Position numbers and translations under genes: made by a program. The notes under the pieces are model-generated. The model saw nothing but the letters and a program-made list of their open reading frames with translations. It had not been told where the DNA came from and searched no databases. Shown here one piece after another: positions 11,801-22,662 of a stretch of 64,000 nt of DNA. Numbering within the stretch: the first letter of the stretch is position 1; every line of letters begins with the position of its first letter. The stretch is from Klebsormidium nitens (lineage: Eukaryota > Plantae > Klebsormidiophyceae), in NCBI GenBank assembly GCA_000708835.1, contig DF237121.1:62001-126000 (forward strand), written 5' to 3'.

Positions 11801-14800
11801 CTTCTCTGGATATGTTCCGATAGTTCGGCGGCAGACCGCCCGTCCCAGCAAACCGTTCCTAAACACTTCTTTCGCCTGCTTGTCGCCACAGAGCCCTTCC
11901 TTTCTAACCCTTTCCGTGAAAACCTGGTCCAATGCAATGCACCCAAAGTCTCTTCTCAGACTAAAAATTCAATGCATGTCATCCTCCAAGACCCTATCTT
12001 TCGCTGACTTCACCGCGTCTCCTTTTTTCGCAGTGCCCCGGTTCGCGGAACGACCCGATCACCGGGAACAACCTCGTCTACAGCCCCGGGTTTTACGGCG
12101 GCGCTCTGGGGGGGTGGTCGTGCTTCGGCTGCGAACTGGTGGTCAACCCCCTGTCGCAGAATTACATCACTGCGACCGGTAGAACGGACACGTGGAACGG
12201 GCCCGCCTGGGTTCTTACCGGTAACATCGGGCAAGGTGAGTGATATTTTCAAAACTTACGTCTGCGAGTGAGCTTTTTCTGAAAGGGTCAAGACGGCTAG
12301 CTGCAAAGGTCGGAACAGAAGCTGGTCGTGGTTTCTAGTTGCCTTTGCGCGGAGCATGGTTGACGAAGCTGTATCGACTTGGTGATAGAATGGAACTTTG
12401 GAGGTTCGTTTTCGGACCCGACGCGTGCTGAATTCTTTTGTGAACTCCGTCTCTTCGCTTGAAAGAGGTGTTTATGTGCTGACGTTGTTTCGCATCCGGT
12501 TCCTTCACGAGAACACAAATTGACATCGTTCCTTGCACGTCAACTTTTACAGCAAACTTTCGACGGGCCGATAAAAGAAACCCGTCGCGCACGAAACGCC
12601 GTTCAATATGTTCGTTATTGCACCAATAAGATGCCAAAGCCTATTCTCAACCTTCACCTTTCCCTCTTCGCAGGTTCTACGTACGCTCTCCAAGTCATTC
12701 TGCGCGTATCCACCGGTTCCGCCCCGGTTCAACTCACCATGCACACCAGTCTCAACGGCCAAGACGACAGTTACTTTCCGGTCGCGACCGGAACAGCGAG
12801 CACCGGTTGCTGGACCCAGCTGAACGGAACCTTCACGCTGACGTCAACCGCGGACATGGTCGTCATGTACATCGAGGGGCCGCCAGCTGGCACGAATGTC
12901 GACATCATGGTCGCGGCGGTTGTGCTGACGGTGCCGGCCGCGACGATCCGCCCGACGCCGAGCAACGTGGTGAGTACGCAGGGTTTAGAGGTTCGGGTTA
13001 AGCTGATTTCCGTTTCTATTATAAGCGATTGATTCAAGATGGGAGGCTTTGGACGTCTGGAAGACGCTTGTCATGTGAAACCTGGTACGTTTGACCACCA
13101 ATTGAACACCATGTGCCGTTTCGGGGGAGAACGGTTCCCCTCATTTCGATGCGAGGCTCTCAAAAGCAAATTAACGCCAACCGAGGGAATCTTCCTGGAC
13201 GACGATCAGATTCGCGATCCTTCTTCGCGCTTCGCGCATTACGCCAATTCCCAGCCTTTTCAAGCCTTCAGCAAAAAGCTTTTCGAAGTTTTCTTTAAGA
13301 GAAACCCGTCCGATATCTGTCTCTCCCCCCTCCTCCGCAGTGCCCCGACTCCCTCAATGTCCCCCCCCCGGTAAACAGCATCGTCGAGAACCCCGGGTTT
13401 GAGAATGGGATCCCCCCCACGTGGCTGCCCTTCGGCACGTGCCAGCTCACGGTCTCACCGGACAAGCAGTACGTCATCGCGAGCCAGCGCGCGCAGAATT
13501 TTGCCGGGCCGTCATGGGACGTCACCAAGTACGTCAGGGCGGGCAACTTCTACAGGTGAGTCTTTCGAATCTCTTCCAGACCCCATCCGGAGTTGAAATT
13601 TCGCTACGTGTTCTGTGAGGAACTCCAAACAAGAAATGACCGTCTTTTAACAAAACGTGTGCCCCAATGCGGTTTCTCCTATATTTGTTATTCACTACGA
13701 TCACTTTTAGATCCAATTCGCAGCCCAAGGATCAAAGGATTGTCCCCTTTTTGCCCATATTCAGATTGATCGGCTTCTTGTCAGGCATCTTCTCTAGCAT
13801 TCATCCCCACCTTCGAGAAAGCTCAAGTAAGCTAGTAACTGGAAACTCCCCGAAACTCAAACCCCGAGAGCAATTGTGAATGTAAGATTCTCAGACGATT
13901 ACTACTTGCGCGCGCAGGTTTTCCGCGTGGGTCTCCCTCCCCGCCGGCGCCTCCACCACGCGCGTCCTCTACGGCGTCGCCGTTACCAAAAATGGCGCGA
14001 CGACTTTCAGCTGCGCCGGGCAGCGCTCAATCGCCGGGGGGTGCTGGAGCCAGCTCAACGGCGGCTATAACCAGTACACCGACAACCCGGATAAGGTGGT
14101 TATTTACATGCAGGGCCCCGAGCCTGGGGTAGATATCCTGGTGCAGAGTGTGAATGTGGAGCCCATCACCCGGGACGCGTGGCTGCACGACGTGACGATC
14201 CGGGCGGATCGGGTGAGAACGATTTCGGCCGTGCCGCCTTTCTTCGGTTGACTGGTGCTTCGGAGTTTTTGCACATTCGTTCGTTTTTGCACATTTGTGC
14301 GGGTTCCAAATCTGCTCAGGTTGGGTCTTGGTATTGCTCGCGCTTTGTGCGTCACTTCGACTCTGAATGAGGAATTTTGCATCTCTGTGGAACGACTTAA
14401 CGAGCGATCCAACATGCGGCTCTATCTTCCTACCGACAGCACTTAATGTCTTCAGCAAATTTCAATGTCTTGAGGTTCCTCAAGTCCTCCCATCGGACTT
14501 TTCTTCCAAATGCCGCCATCGGCCACTTTGAATCGTTCATTGGAGATACTCGATACCTTGTCTCTCAACTCGTTTCATCGCACCCCATTCCGATATGCTG
14601 ACGTCATCTTCCACGTGGCGCAGATCCGCAAGACGAACGTCATCGTGAACGTCCAAGACGAGAACGGGCAGCCAATCCCGAACGCCCAGATTAAGATCGA
14701 CCAGACCAGGCAAGGGTTCCCGCTCGGCATCGCGATCAATTACCAGCTGCCGGAAAATGTGGCGTACCAGAACTTCGTGAAGACGCGTTTCAACTGGGTC

Positions 14801-17800
14801 GTCTTCGAGAACGAGGCCAAGTGGTACTACAACGAGCCGCAGCAGGGGGAGTACAATTACGCGTGAGTACGCTTCTTCGCATCTTTGCTACCAACCTCTG
14901 AAGGTCGTTTCAGAGGTTTAGAGGTCGTCGAGGAAATGCCGATCTAAAAATTAGATTCTGAAGCTACGTAGAGATCATTTCTTGCTCTGTCGAGCCGGGT
15001 GCTCATTCTAGTTGCTTCGCACCAAGTTCCGCAAGCGAACGCAAACGTTGATTCTCAAAGAGCTCAGTAGCTTCTTTCGTTGTGGACAAAGCGGGTTTTC
15101 TAAACCCGAACCAACGCGCTAACCTCAACCCGTGCTAAAGTCTGCTGAGCGCCAGAATTGTTGGTCGCGTATGCGGACGCGAGTAACATCCTTATCCTCA
15201 TCAGCAGAGAAACTTCGCACGGGATGAATCTTGACCCGCCTAGAAGAGCCAACTAACTTCAACTTTTGCTACCAACCTTCACCTCTCTAAATATCAGTCA
15301 GCGACTGAAACCTCGCTAAGCCCCGTGCAGAGCGCCGGACGCGATGGTCGCGTGGGCGAACGCGAACAACATCCTGATGCGCGGCCACTGCGGCTTTTGG
15401 GAGGACACGCGGACGGTGCAGCCCTGGGTGCGCGCGCTCGACAACGGCGCGCTGAGGGCCGCCATGGAGATTCGCCTCAACCAGGTAAGCTGATGTCACG
15501 CTGACCTCAGCTTTGAAGAGTAAGTTGGGTGTTTCCAAATTCGAAGGAGGGTGCAGCCCTGGGTGCGCGCACTCGACAACGGCGCACTGAACCACTTGAG
15601 GCTGACGTCACGTGACCTCAGCTTTAAGACTTTCGACGGCTGTTCTCAATGTAGAGAGACGGTGCAGCTCTGGGCGCGCGTTCTCGACGACACTCTGACC
15701 GCGTTAAGGGCCGCCATGAGGGTGACGTCACGCTGACCCATCCTGAGCTTCGAAAACTGACGTCAGCTGGGTTGCAAGCTAGAAACTGGGTATTCGGCCC
15801 CAGCTCTCGTTGTGCGCGCTCGACGACGAAGCGCTCAGAGCCGCCACGACCGTGTGCCTCAACCGGGTGACGTCACGCTGACGCAGCCGGAGAGTTGGGA
15901 ATTACAACCGTTTCCAACCTAACGTAGCCCATCATTTTCTCCCAGGTGGCGGACCGCTACCGCGGGCAGTTCAAGCACTGGGATGTGAACAACGAGGCGC
16001 TGCACAACACCTACTTCTCCGGACGTCTCGGACCGTCCATTCAGAACTGGATGTACGCAACGACGCAGAAATTGGACCCTTCCGCGGAGGTAAAGTGTCG
16101 CACCCCTAGTTCCAACACACGCCCTGAGCGGAAAAGTCGCTTCGTAACACTTTGTCTTGTTGGTGCCCGCTTCTGTTGGTCCTCGTAGACGTCGACTGTT
16201 CTTCTTAAGACACGCTTACCATGGTGAATCTACCGGTTTGAGTTTGACCGTTTTCAAGTGGATAGTATTGATCCCAAGAAAACAAGGACCAGAAATAGGT
16301 TGCGAGTATGTTTCCTGTCATTCTGCTTTCTCAGAAAGGTCCGAGTAACAGAGCTAGTTACCAAACCGACTTTCCAAAAGTCGCGTTGTGGGCTCTCGTA
16401 GAAATTCGAAGAGACCAATAAGATTCTGCCACGTGTCAATCCAGATGTTCATCAACGAGTACAACGTCCTGGAGGAGTGCGACCCGGCCGCGAACCCGGA
16501 GACCTTCATCGGCGAGGCGCAGAATCTCGAGGCTCAGGGCTTCCAGATCTCCTTCGGCTGCCAGAGCCACTTCGGAAACCCGGTGCAGGTAAGCTCCACC
16601 GCTCCAATCGCACAAAGTGTAGAAATCTTCCGTCCGTTACACGGATGTCTAACCGAGCCAATCTGGCTGTCGTGATGGCGCCGAAATTGGGTAGCCCATA
16701 TAGTTTGCCAGGTGCGAGCTCAAACTCCCCAGCCAAGCGAAATATTCGGCCATCACTCGTCACCTCTAGGTCGCCCTTTCAAAGGACTTTTTCTGTTTCG
16801 CATCCCGGCAGATTTGATACCGTCCGCTCCTTCACCTATGTCGGCTGGCCGTGTTTGGCTGGAAAGCTACGCGGAAACACTCGCAGTTTACGTAGTCTAT
16901 TCCGCTTACTGCGTTGCCTCACTAGAGTGACCACTGTCAACAAGGTTCTCAGTTTCTCCGTAACTCTCAACAGGGGTCATCTATCCTCTCGTTTCCTTTC
17001 CGCTCTTGGGCTTTCAGGCCGCACGCGGATCCGAGAAGAAAGCGTCGGGTCTGAGCACCATATCAATGTCACCCTCGCAAAAGCTTCCAATAAATCCTGA
17101 ACCAGTCGCTGATTTTGCTCCTTCCCGCCTTCCGACCAGGCATTCAAGCTCCGCGCGGACCTGGACAAGCTGGCCTCCTTCGGACGTCCGATCTGGATCA
17201 CGGAGATGGACTCGTCCGAAGTCGACGAGAACAAGAAGGCCGACATGCTCGAGTTTGCTTTCCGCGAGTATTTCGCGCACCCGGGAGTGGAGGGCATCCT
17301 GCTGTGGACCGTTTGGCAGGGGCCCAACGCGCAGTGCCAAGTGTGAGCGCCTAGACAACGTTATCTAGAATCCGCTATAACCTGACCTTTTAAGCTTTCC
17401 TAGCTCTTTTCAGTATCCGCAAATTCCAGACGTAGAGCCGGGACCTGCGCCGCACTCTTGTCGTATGTCATGGGTCTCAGACTCCTCGAGATTGGTGTCC
17501 TCAACTTTGAGTTCCTAACCCGTCCTGATGGCTTTCTTGTTTTGTTCGTGCCTTTCTCAAACCGCTTAGATCTTCGAGGATACGAAACAAGAGCGGATGC
17601 GCTGGTGGTTTTTCGGATCCTCGTCTTTCCGCGCTTTCTTCGGAGCGCTCTGATCCTTCAGGGTAAGGTTCCAGTCAAAGTTTCAAAGCGTCCCTAAGAA
17701 GCACTTGTTTCCGTTTCCAGGTGCACTGTGAACGGGGACTTCTCCAACAAGCCCAGCGGCGCGCGCATCGACCAACTGCTGCTCGACGAGTGGCGCACAA

Positions 17801-19540
17801 CCGGTGTCGTGGGCCAAACCGACAGTTCCGGCGAGCCGTTCATTTTCCGCGGATTCTACGGGGACTACACGGCGGAAGTCACGGTCGACGGAACCACCTA
17901 CCCGGTCGAGTTCACGGTCCTCAAAGAGGAGAACGGGAACAAGGTCGACCTCACCGTTCCGGTGTCCGGCTCGTCCGGCGGCCGGCGGAAGCTCCTCTCC
18001 GCGGGATCCGCCCAGCGGAATTTACGCCGGAGCGCACTCACCAGCCCGGAACGGAAGCTGCCCTCCAGCTACCTGACGGCACTGGTCCCCGGGGACGAGC
18101 TGCGCAACTGGGAAGAGCCCTCGGTTAGGACACCGTATAGATACTCGGTTAGAGACGATGAAGACCCGAAGTGGGGTGATCCCCCGGCCAGGCCCGCCCG
18201 GTCGATTCTCTCCCGGCAGGAGCTCGACGCCGCTGTTGCAGCGCACGAACCCCGCGACGGGTACGCACCGTTTGAGGTCGGTACCGCTCAGCGCCTTGCC
18301 ACCGCGCGCGCGAACCACCGCACTCTCCTGGAGAGCCAGGCAGACGAGCTACAGGCGCGCCACGTGTCAGTCTCCGGCGGCGTCTCCCGCCAGGACTACG
18401 ACGCTGCGTCGTTCAAGAACCGGGAGCTGCTGCAGGTTACGGATGACCCGGTTAGCGACTCGGTCAGCGACCCCTGCTCGGACTCAACCGAGCAGCTATT
18501 GGGTCTCGGGGTCGCTTCAACCGAGCAGGGTTTCCGGGGGTTGCTCGAGGTTAAGGAGGACCCGGTTAGCGACCCCGAATTGGAGGAAACCGTTGGCGGG
18601 AACAGCGGCGGAAGGTCGCTCCTCAAAATGGGACCCATGCACGCGTACCTGGGTTTGGGCAAAGGTTTCGATTACGTTCGGTTGGAGTTGGAGGGCAACT
18701 CCAAGTTCCCGACGCGGCCAAAAGACAGCGTCAACGCGCCGGAGCGCGGTGTGAACGGGCCCCAGAGGCGGCTGCTGGAAGTGGAGGAGGCGGAGGCGGA
18801 GAAGGTAAGCGGGTTTTCACATATTGCTATTCTTCCTGAACGTACTTAGATTTCGAGACATCTTCCCGCGCGTTGTTTTTTTGCGTCTTCGTTATTTAAG
18901 AATACTTGGTGATGGGACCGTGCGTTCAGAGTTCGGCTGATCACGCCAATGATTAAAAGGTGCAGTTCAACAATCCTTTAATCTACCTTTCGGAGTTCAA
19001 ATTTTCTCATTAGAAGACTTAAACTTGTACTCAATGTGTTCTTATTTTCGATACTTGCATTTCGTTCAACTGCCTTTGCACGTGTTTAGGATGTGTTACT
19101 TGGTCGACATTCCTGAGATCTCCGAGTATATATTGCTACTTGGTACCGTTACGGGTGGAAGCTATCCTGTCGGCCTTTCTTATCTCGCTGTTCCGTAGTG
19201 TTGACAAAAGGACTGGCCGCGCAATTTGGTCTCTCAAACTGAAGCCTTCGGGAAAGAACTTCACTCTGATCAGATTCCTGAGGCGCCGTGCATCCCCCGG
19301 AAAGTTGACAATTCTCTCCGACTCTGCAGTCCGAGTACCTCGATACCCTGATGTTCTACGAAGGCGACGTGGCACGTAATGAGACAGAGGCCCTGGTCGC
19401 CTTCTTGCGTGCCGAAAAGATTGCGGTTCGAACTGCCCGTGGCCGCAGCCGGCGCTGAAGGTCGACTGGTTTAGATTCACAAGCAGAACGGTCGGAGCAG
19501 AGAATCGGTGCCTGTCAAAGCCGTGACGGGCTGTGCATAG
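2824..19540 (+). CDS. Secreted multi-modular GH10 endo-1,4-beta-xylanase (signal peptide, 2 Cys-rich modules, Pro/Thr linker, 4 CBM22/CBM4_9-like modules, GH10, C-terminal extension), ~1685 aa, 18 exons
   Basis: Phase-consistent exons: 2824-2935, 3833-3925, 4614-4681, 8318-9070, 9558-10064, 10537-10911, 11308-11424, 12034-12235, 12674-12969, 13341-13555, 13918-14212, 14624-14862, 15331-15484, 15946-16089, 16445-16588, 17140-17342, 17721-18804, 19484-19540 (last exon tentative); total 5058 nt. Plant-type GH10 motifs FNWVVFENEAKWY, RGHCGFWE, WDVNNE (acid/base Glu 15994-15996), FINEYN, QSHF, IWITEMD (nucleophile Glu 17203-17205), GILLW. CBM motifs N(V/L/I)xxNPGF, GPxW, GCWxQLxG, YxEGP. Hydrophobic N-terminus VLSVTVVTFFLCAIVGLPTAYG. 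Architecture resembles Arabidopsis XYN1-type CBM22-GH10 enzymes. Confidence 0.93.
4930..7800. repeat. G-depleted C/T/A low-complexity tract with (CACTT)n microsatellite and degenerate 200-300 bp duplications, inside xylanase intron 3
   Basis: Repeated blocks ccaacacattcacccgggcactcaccactc...gagcactttttccgccc at ~5420, ~5718 and ~5898; (ttcac)n at ~6600-7060; cacattcacctag(g)ca at ~7226, ~7418 and ~7515. Confidence 0.9.
15147..15885 (+). repeat. Degenerate intronic copies of both ends of xylanase exon 15331-15484
   Basis: 5' echo 15147-15196; 3' echoes 15550-15590 (39/41 identical to 15415-15455), 15658-15720 and 15812-15866. Confidence 0.85.
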
Positions 19541-20972
19541 AGACCGGTTCTAGAGTCTAGCTTGCTTGCGGCAACGTGTAGAAAGTGCTGACTGCCGAGT
19601 TTGAAGAGGAGTGCTTAGGTGGTGGAGGATCAGTCAGATTTTACGATTTCGGAATACGTGTGCGACATCCACAGCGCCATAGGAGATGCCGTGGGCGAGG
19701 GATCATAGGCTATGGAAGCAGCAGGTGTCGTGTCTGCAAAAGGGAGTCCTCGTCTTCATCTTATAGACGGTCCAAGTTAAAAGAACCTAGGGTCTTCTGA
19801 GGTCGAGAGGGGGAGCTTGAAGTCGAGACTCCTGAGTACTAGATGTGCCACATGAGTCCGAGTCGTGAAGAGTCCCCAGCTTTGGTCTTTGTAGTAGCTC
19901 GCGTTTGGCTGTCGCTTGACGCCTTAAACTGCCGCGCCACAGCAGAACAGCAGACTTGCTATCTTCAGCTAATCACCGTAGATTTGAGTCAGAATCGATT
20001 TGGCCGTTTTGCTTGTACACTAGATATTTTTACGTACTGCGCCCCACCTTTACGAACACCGTATTGATCAGTCTATTCGTGATACAAACGCCATTTAATT
20101 TGATTGTGCACTTTCTGGTGCAAGAGTTACTAGGCGTGTACCCAGATCAGGAATCTCCAACACCAGAATTCTTTCGAGCACTGAAGGTTTTCTGCATTCC
20201 AACAACTTCACTCTAAATTCAGGTGACGTAAGCTGCAGATGAGGATCAAGCTTCGAAGCTGTGCTGGACGGCCATCCATGTGCAAGTTTTGTGCGTTATG
20301 ACAAGAAATTCAGCATCCCATCTTGCAATCAGAAACCGCATGCGAGTCGATTGCGAGACAGGATAAACTAGTGGTCTTTGATACCGATCATCACCTGCAA
20401 CTGGTAGCTTGGTAGAGCTTTCAGGCGTCCACTGATGTACGAAGTTTTGGAGTCAGTAAGAATGATTGCACTTGTGCAAGATTTTCAGGTCTCACGTGTG
20501 GTCGTGGCCGCATTTATAATGCAGCGCTGGCCGCGCTAGTCATGAGCACTGCGGCGAGGGCAACTCGATGGTACGTCCCATGAGGGGTTGCATCATGGAT
20601 GACAGCCGCCATGCAGTGGCCCAGTAGAATGTGCATTTTGTGAGAAGTACGCGGACGTGAAGCATCTGATCGAGCAAGGCCGACCACTGTACTGCGATAC
20701 TGCCAAGTAAAGCCAGCGGTACGTGCAGTGAAGGTAACTAGTCCAGCAATATCTGATCGATCTGACCATTTCAATTGTCGACCTGCAGGCTCTCTCACTC
20801 TCTCACAAGCCCTGATCACTGAGTTTTGCTATCCTGCAAGTCCAGTACCTAATACTTTTGTCGGTCTTCACTCAGCAATGAGCAGCCTAGACTCCCGGGC
20901 CGTCCTCTGTTCCATTCTCCCAACTTTGCGTTATTCAAAGGCCGCGGGCACTGCGGCATGCAAAACGGCCAA

Positions 20973-21501
20973 AGCTGCCGAATCTTTTGTCAACTTTCAA
21001 AATCGGACATCGGACTTCGGACAGTATCTGCTTGTTACCGTCCGATCGTGTACCGTCCGAAGGATCTACGCTCCAAGTTGCTGCCACATGTCACGGGCCG
21101 GTCCGGTGCCGTACTCAGTACCGTACGGTCCTAGCGGTATCGTCGATCGCGCACGGTAGGTATGCACCGTCAACAAGCAACCGGGCACTCCTACTAAGTG
21201 ACCTTAGGGTCTCGCGCTACAAAGCAGTGATACCGGTAGTGTGTTAGGGTTACGCCACTTCCTGTGACGGTTTGTTAGGGTTACTCCCTTTCCTGTGACT
21301 GCTCACAGATCAGGGTTCCTACTAACGGCTAAGTCACTGTTCTTAGGATTTTAATGTGGTTTGCAGGCTAACCCGATCATTATATAGTCCGGAAAAAGCA
21401 GGCCCGGTACCAACCGCGTCCCAAAATATGGCAGTGCGGACATCGACTGGCTGTGCCCGTCCGGTGTCCGATTTCGAAAGTTGACAAAAGATTCGGCAGC
21501 T
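20973..21501. repeat. 43-bp inverted repeat pair enclosing ~440 bp (possible MITE-like remnant)
   Basis: agctgccgaatcttttgtcaactttcaaaatcggacatcggac (20973-21015) matches the reverse complement of 21459-21501 with 2 mismatches; no clear TSD. Confidence 0.75.
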
Positions 21502-22662
21502 ATGTGCCCCTTGCCTGCGGCATTGGCAAGGCAGGCTGTGAGGTAACGTACCGTCCTCTGCCGCTGCGGCCGCCGCGACCGCGCGGGCGGGCCCTTGTGG
21601 CAAGAAACCTCAGGCACATGACCGGACGGGTCAGTGCATGAGCGTTACCCATTGGTTGAGATCGACGGTGACTCTGGGCCGTTTGCTACCTAGTTCATGA
21701 ATTTGAGATCTGCGGTCCGCATCGAGTCACTTTTGACGGGTTTTGCCAATCATCGGTCGTCGTGAGTGTCACTTTTTGCTGGCTTGAACGGCTGAGAAGC
21801 ACACAACTTTTTTGAATGTTGTAAGCCGCAAATCCATCTCGCCATCGGACGTTTAAGAATCATCCACGATTCCTTGTTTAGGGGCCAGGGTCCAAGATGG
21901 CACAGGATATGGCTCAGCCAATGAGCGCGCGCGACGTCACCTACATAAATATCACCCGGGATCCTGCACGCTTTGGAAGTCGCGTACCATCGCAAACCCG
22001 CTGTACGGAGTATGGTCGCTTTCCCGACGTTTTTGGATTTTCCTTATCCAGATGGAATCTTCTATGCCGTCCGATTGCCCGGCGGTTGTCTGACACCCGG
22101 TGCAAAGCGGCGGCAGTTTCAACCGGGCAACCGCAGCCCTTTTCCATGTGAGTCACAAGTCAGTCACAGACTTTTCAACTTTTGCTTTACGCAGCGCGGC
22201 GCGCTACAGCGGGTTTTGGAAAGTTTTCCCAGGGACGTGTGTTCGATCAGTCTGAAATAATACGACATTTCCAAGACTGGGGACTCGGGAGATACTGAAC
22301 CTAGCTCCAAAATGCAACTGCTAGAGGTAGCTAGGGTACCGGTATTAGGGAGATGCTAGGGCGTCCCTTGTGCCATTTCGTGGTAGACGCCCAATCGCTC
22401 TGATGGTTGGTGTGGTGGTGTGAAACACATTGTTGCGTGGCAGCCCGGCTTGAGCCAAGTGAAAAAGAAGACTCCAAGTGGTGGTAACGCCGTTGTCGCC
22501 TGGTGCGTAGAAGAGACAGATTCCACATACCGTTTCCAAAAGGACTGCATTGCACGGTGACGAGCAAGGGTTTCATGCTTGGTTCCGTCAGTAAACAAGC
22601 ACTGATGTGGCAGTGACCAGACATAGTTTACATTCAGGCGCTGGGTAGAAAAGAGGGCCAAG

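Noticed and set aside
17414-17472. Possible extra xylanase exon (YPQIPDVEPGPAPHSCRMSW)
   Set aside because: Direct joining 17342 to 17721 gives CQVCTVNGDF, matching the plant GH10 C-x2-C-L-x-D/N-x2-F pattern with consistent phase; no extra exon is needed.
19423-19437. GCGGTTCGAACTGC T-loop-like hairpin suggesting a tRNA
   Set aside because: No D-arm/A-box, anticodon arm or acceptor stem can be folded.
21242-21298. TTAGGG-containing repeat as an interstitial telomere
   Set aside because: Only isolated hexamers inside a two-copy ~31-bp unit, not a telomeric array.
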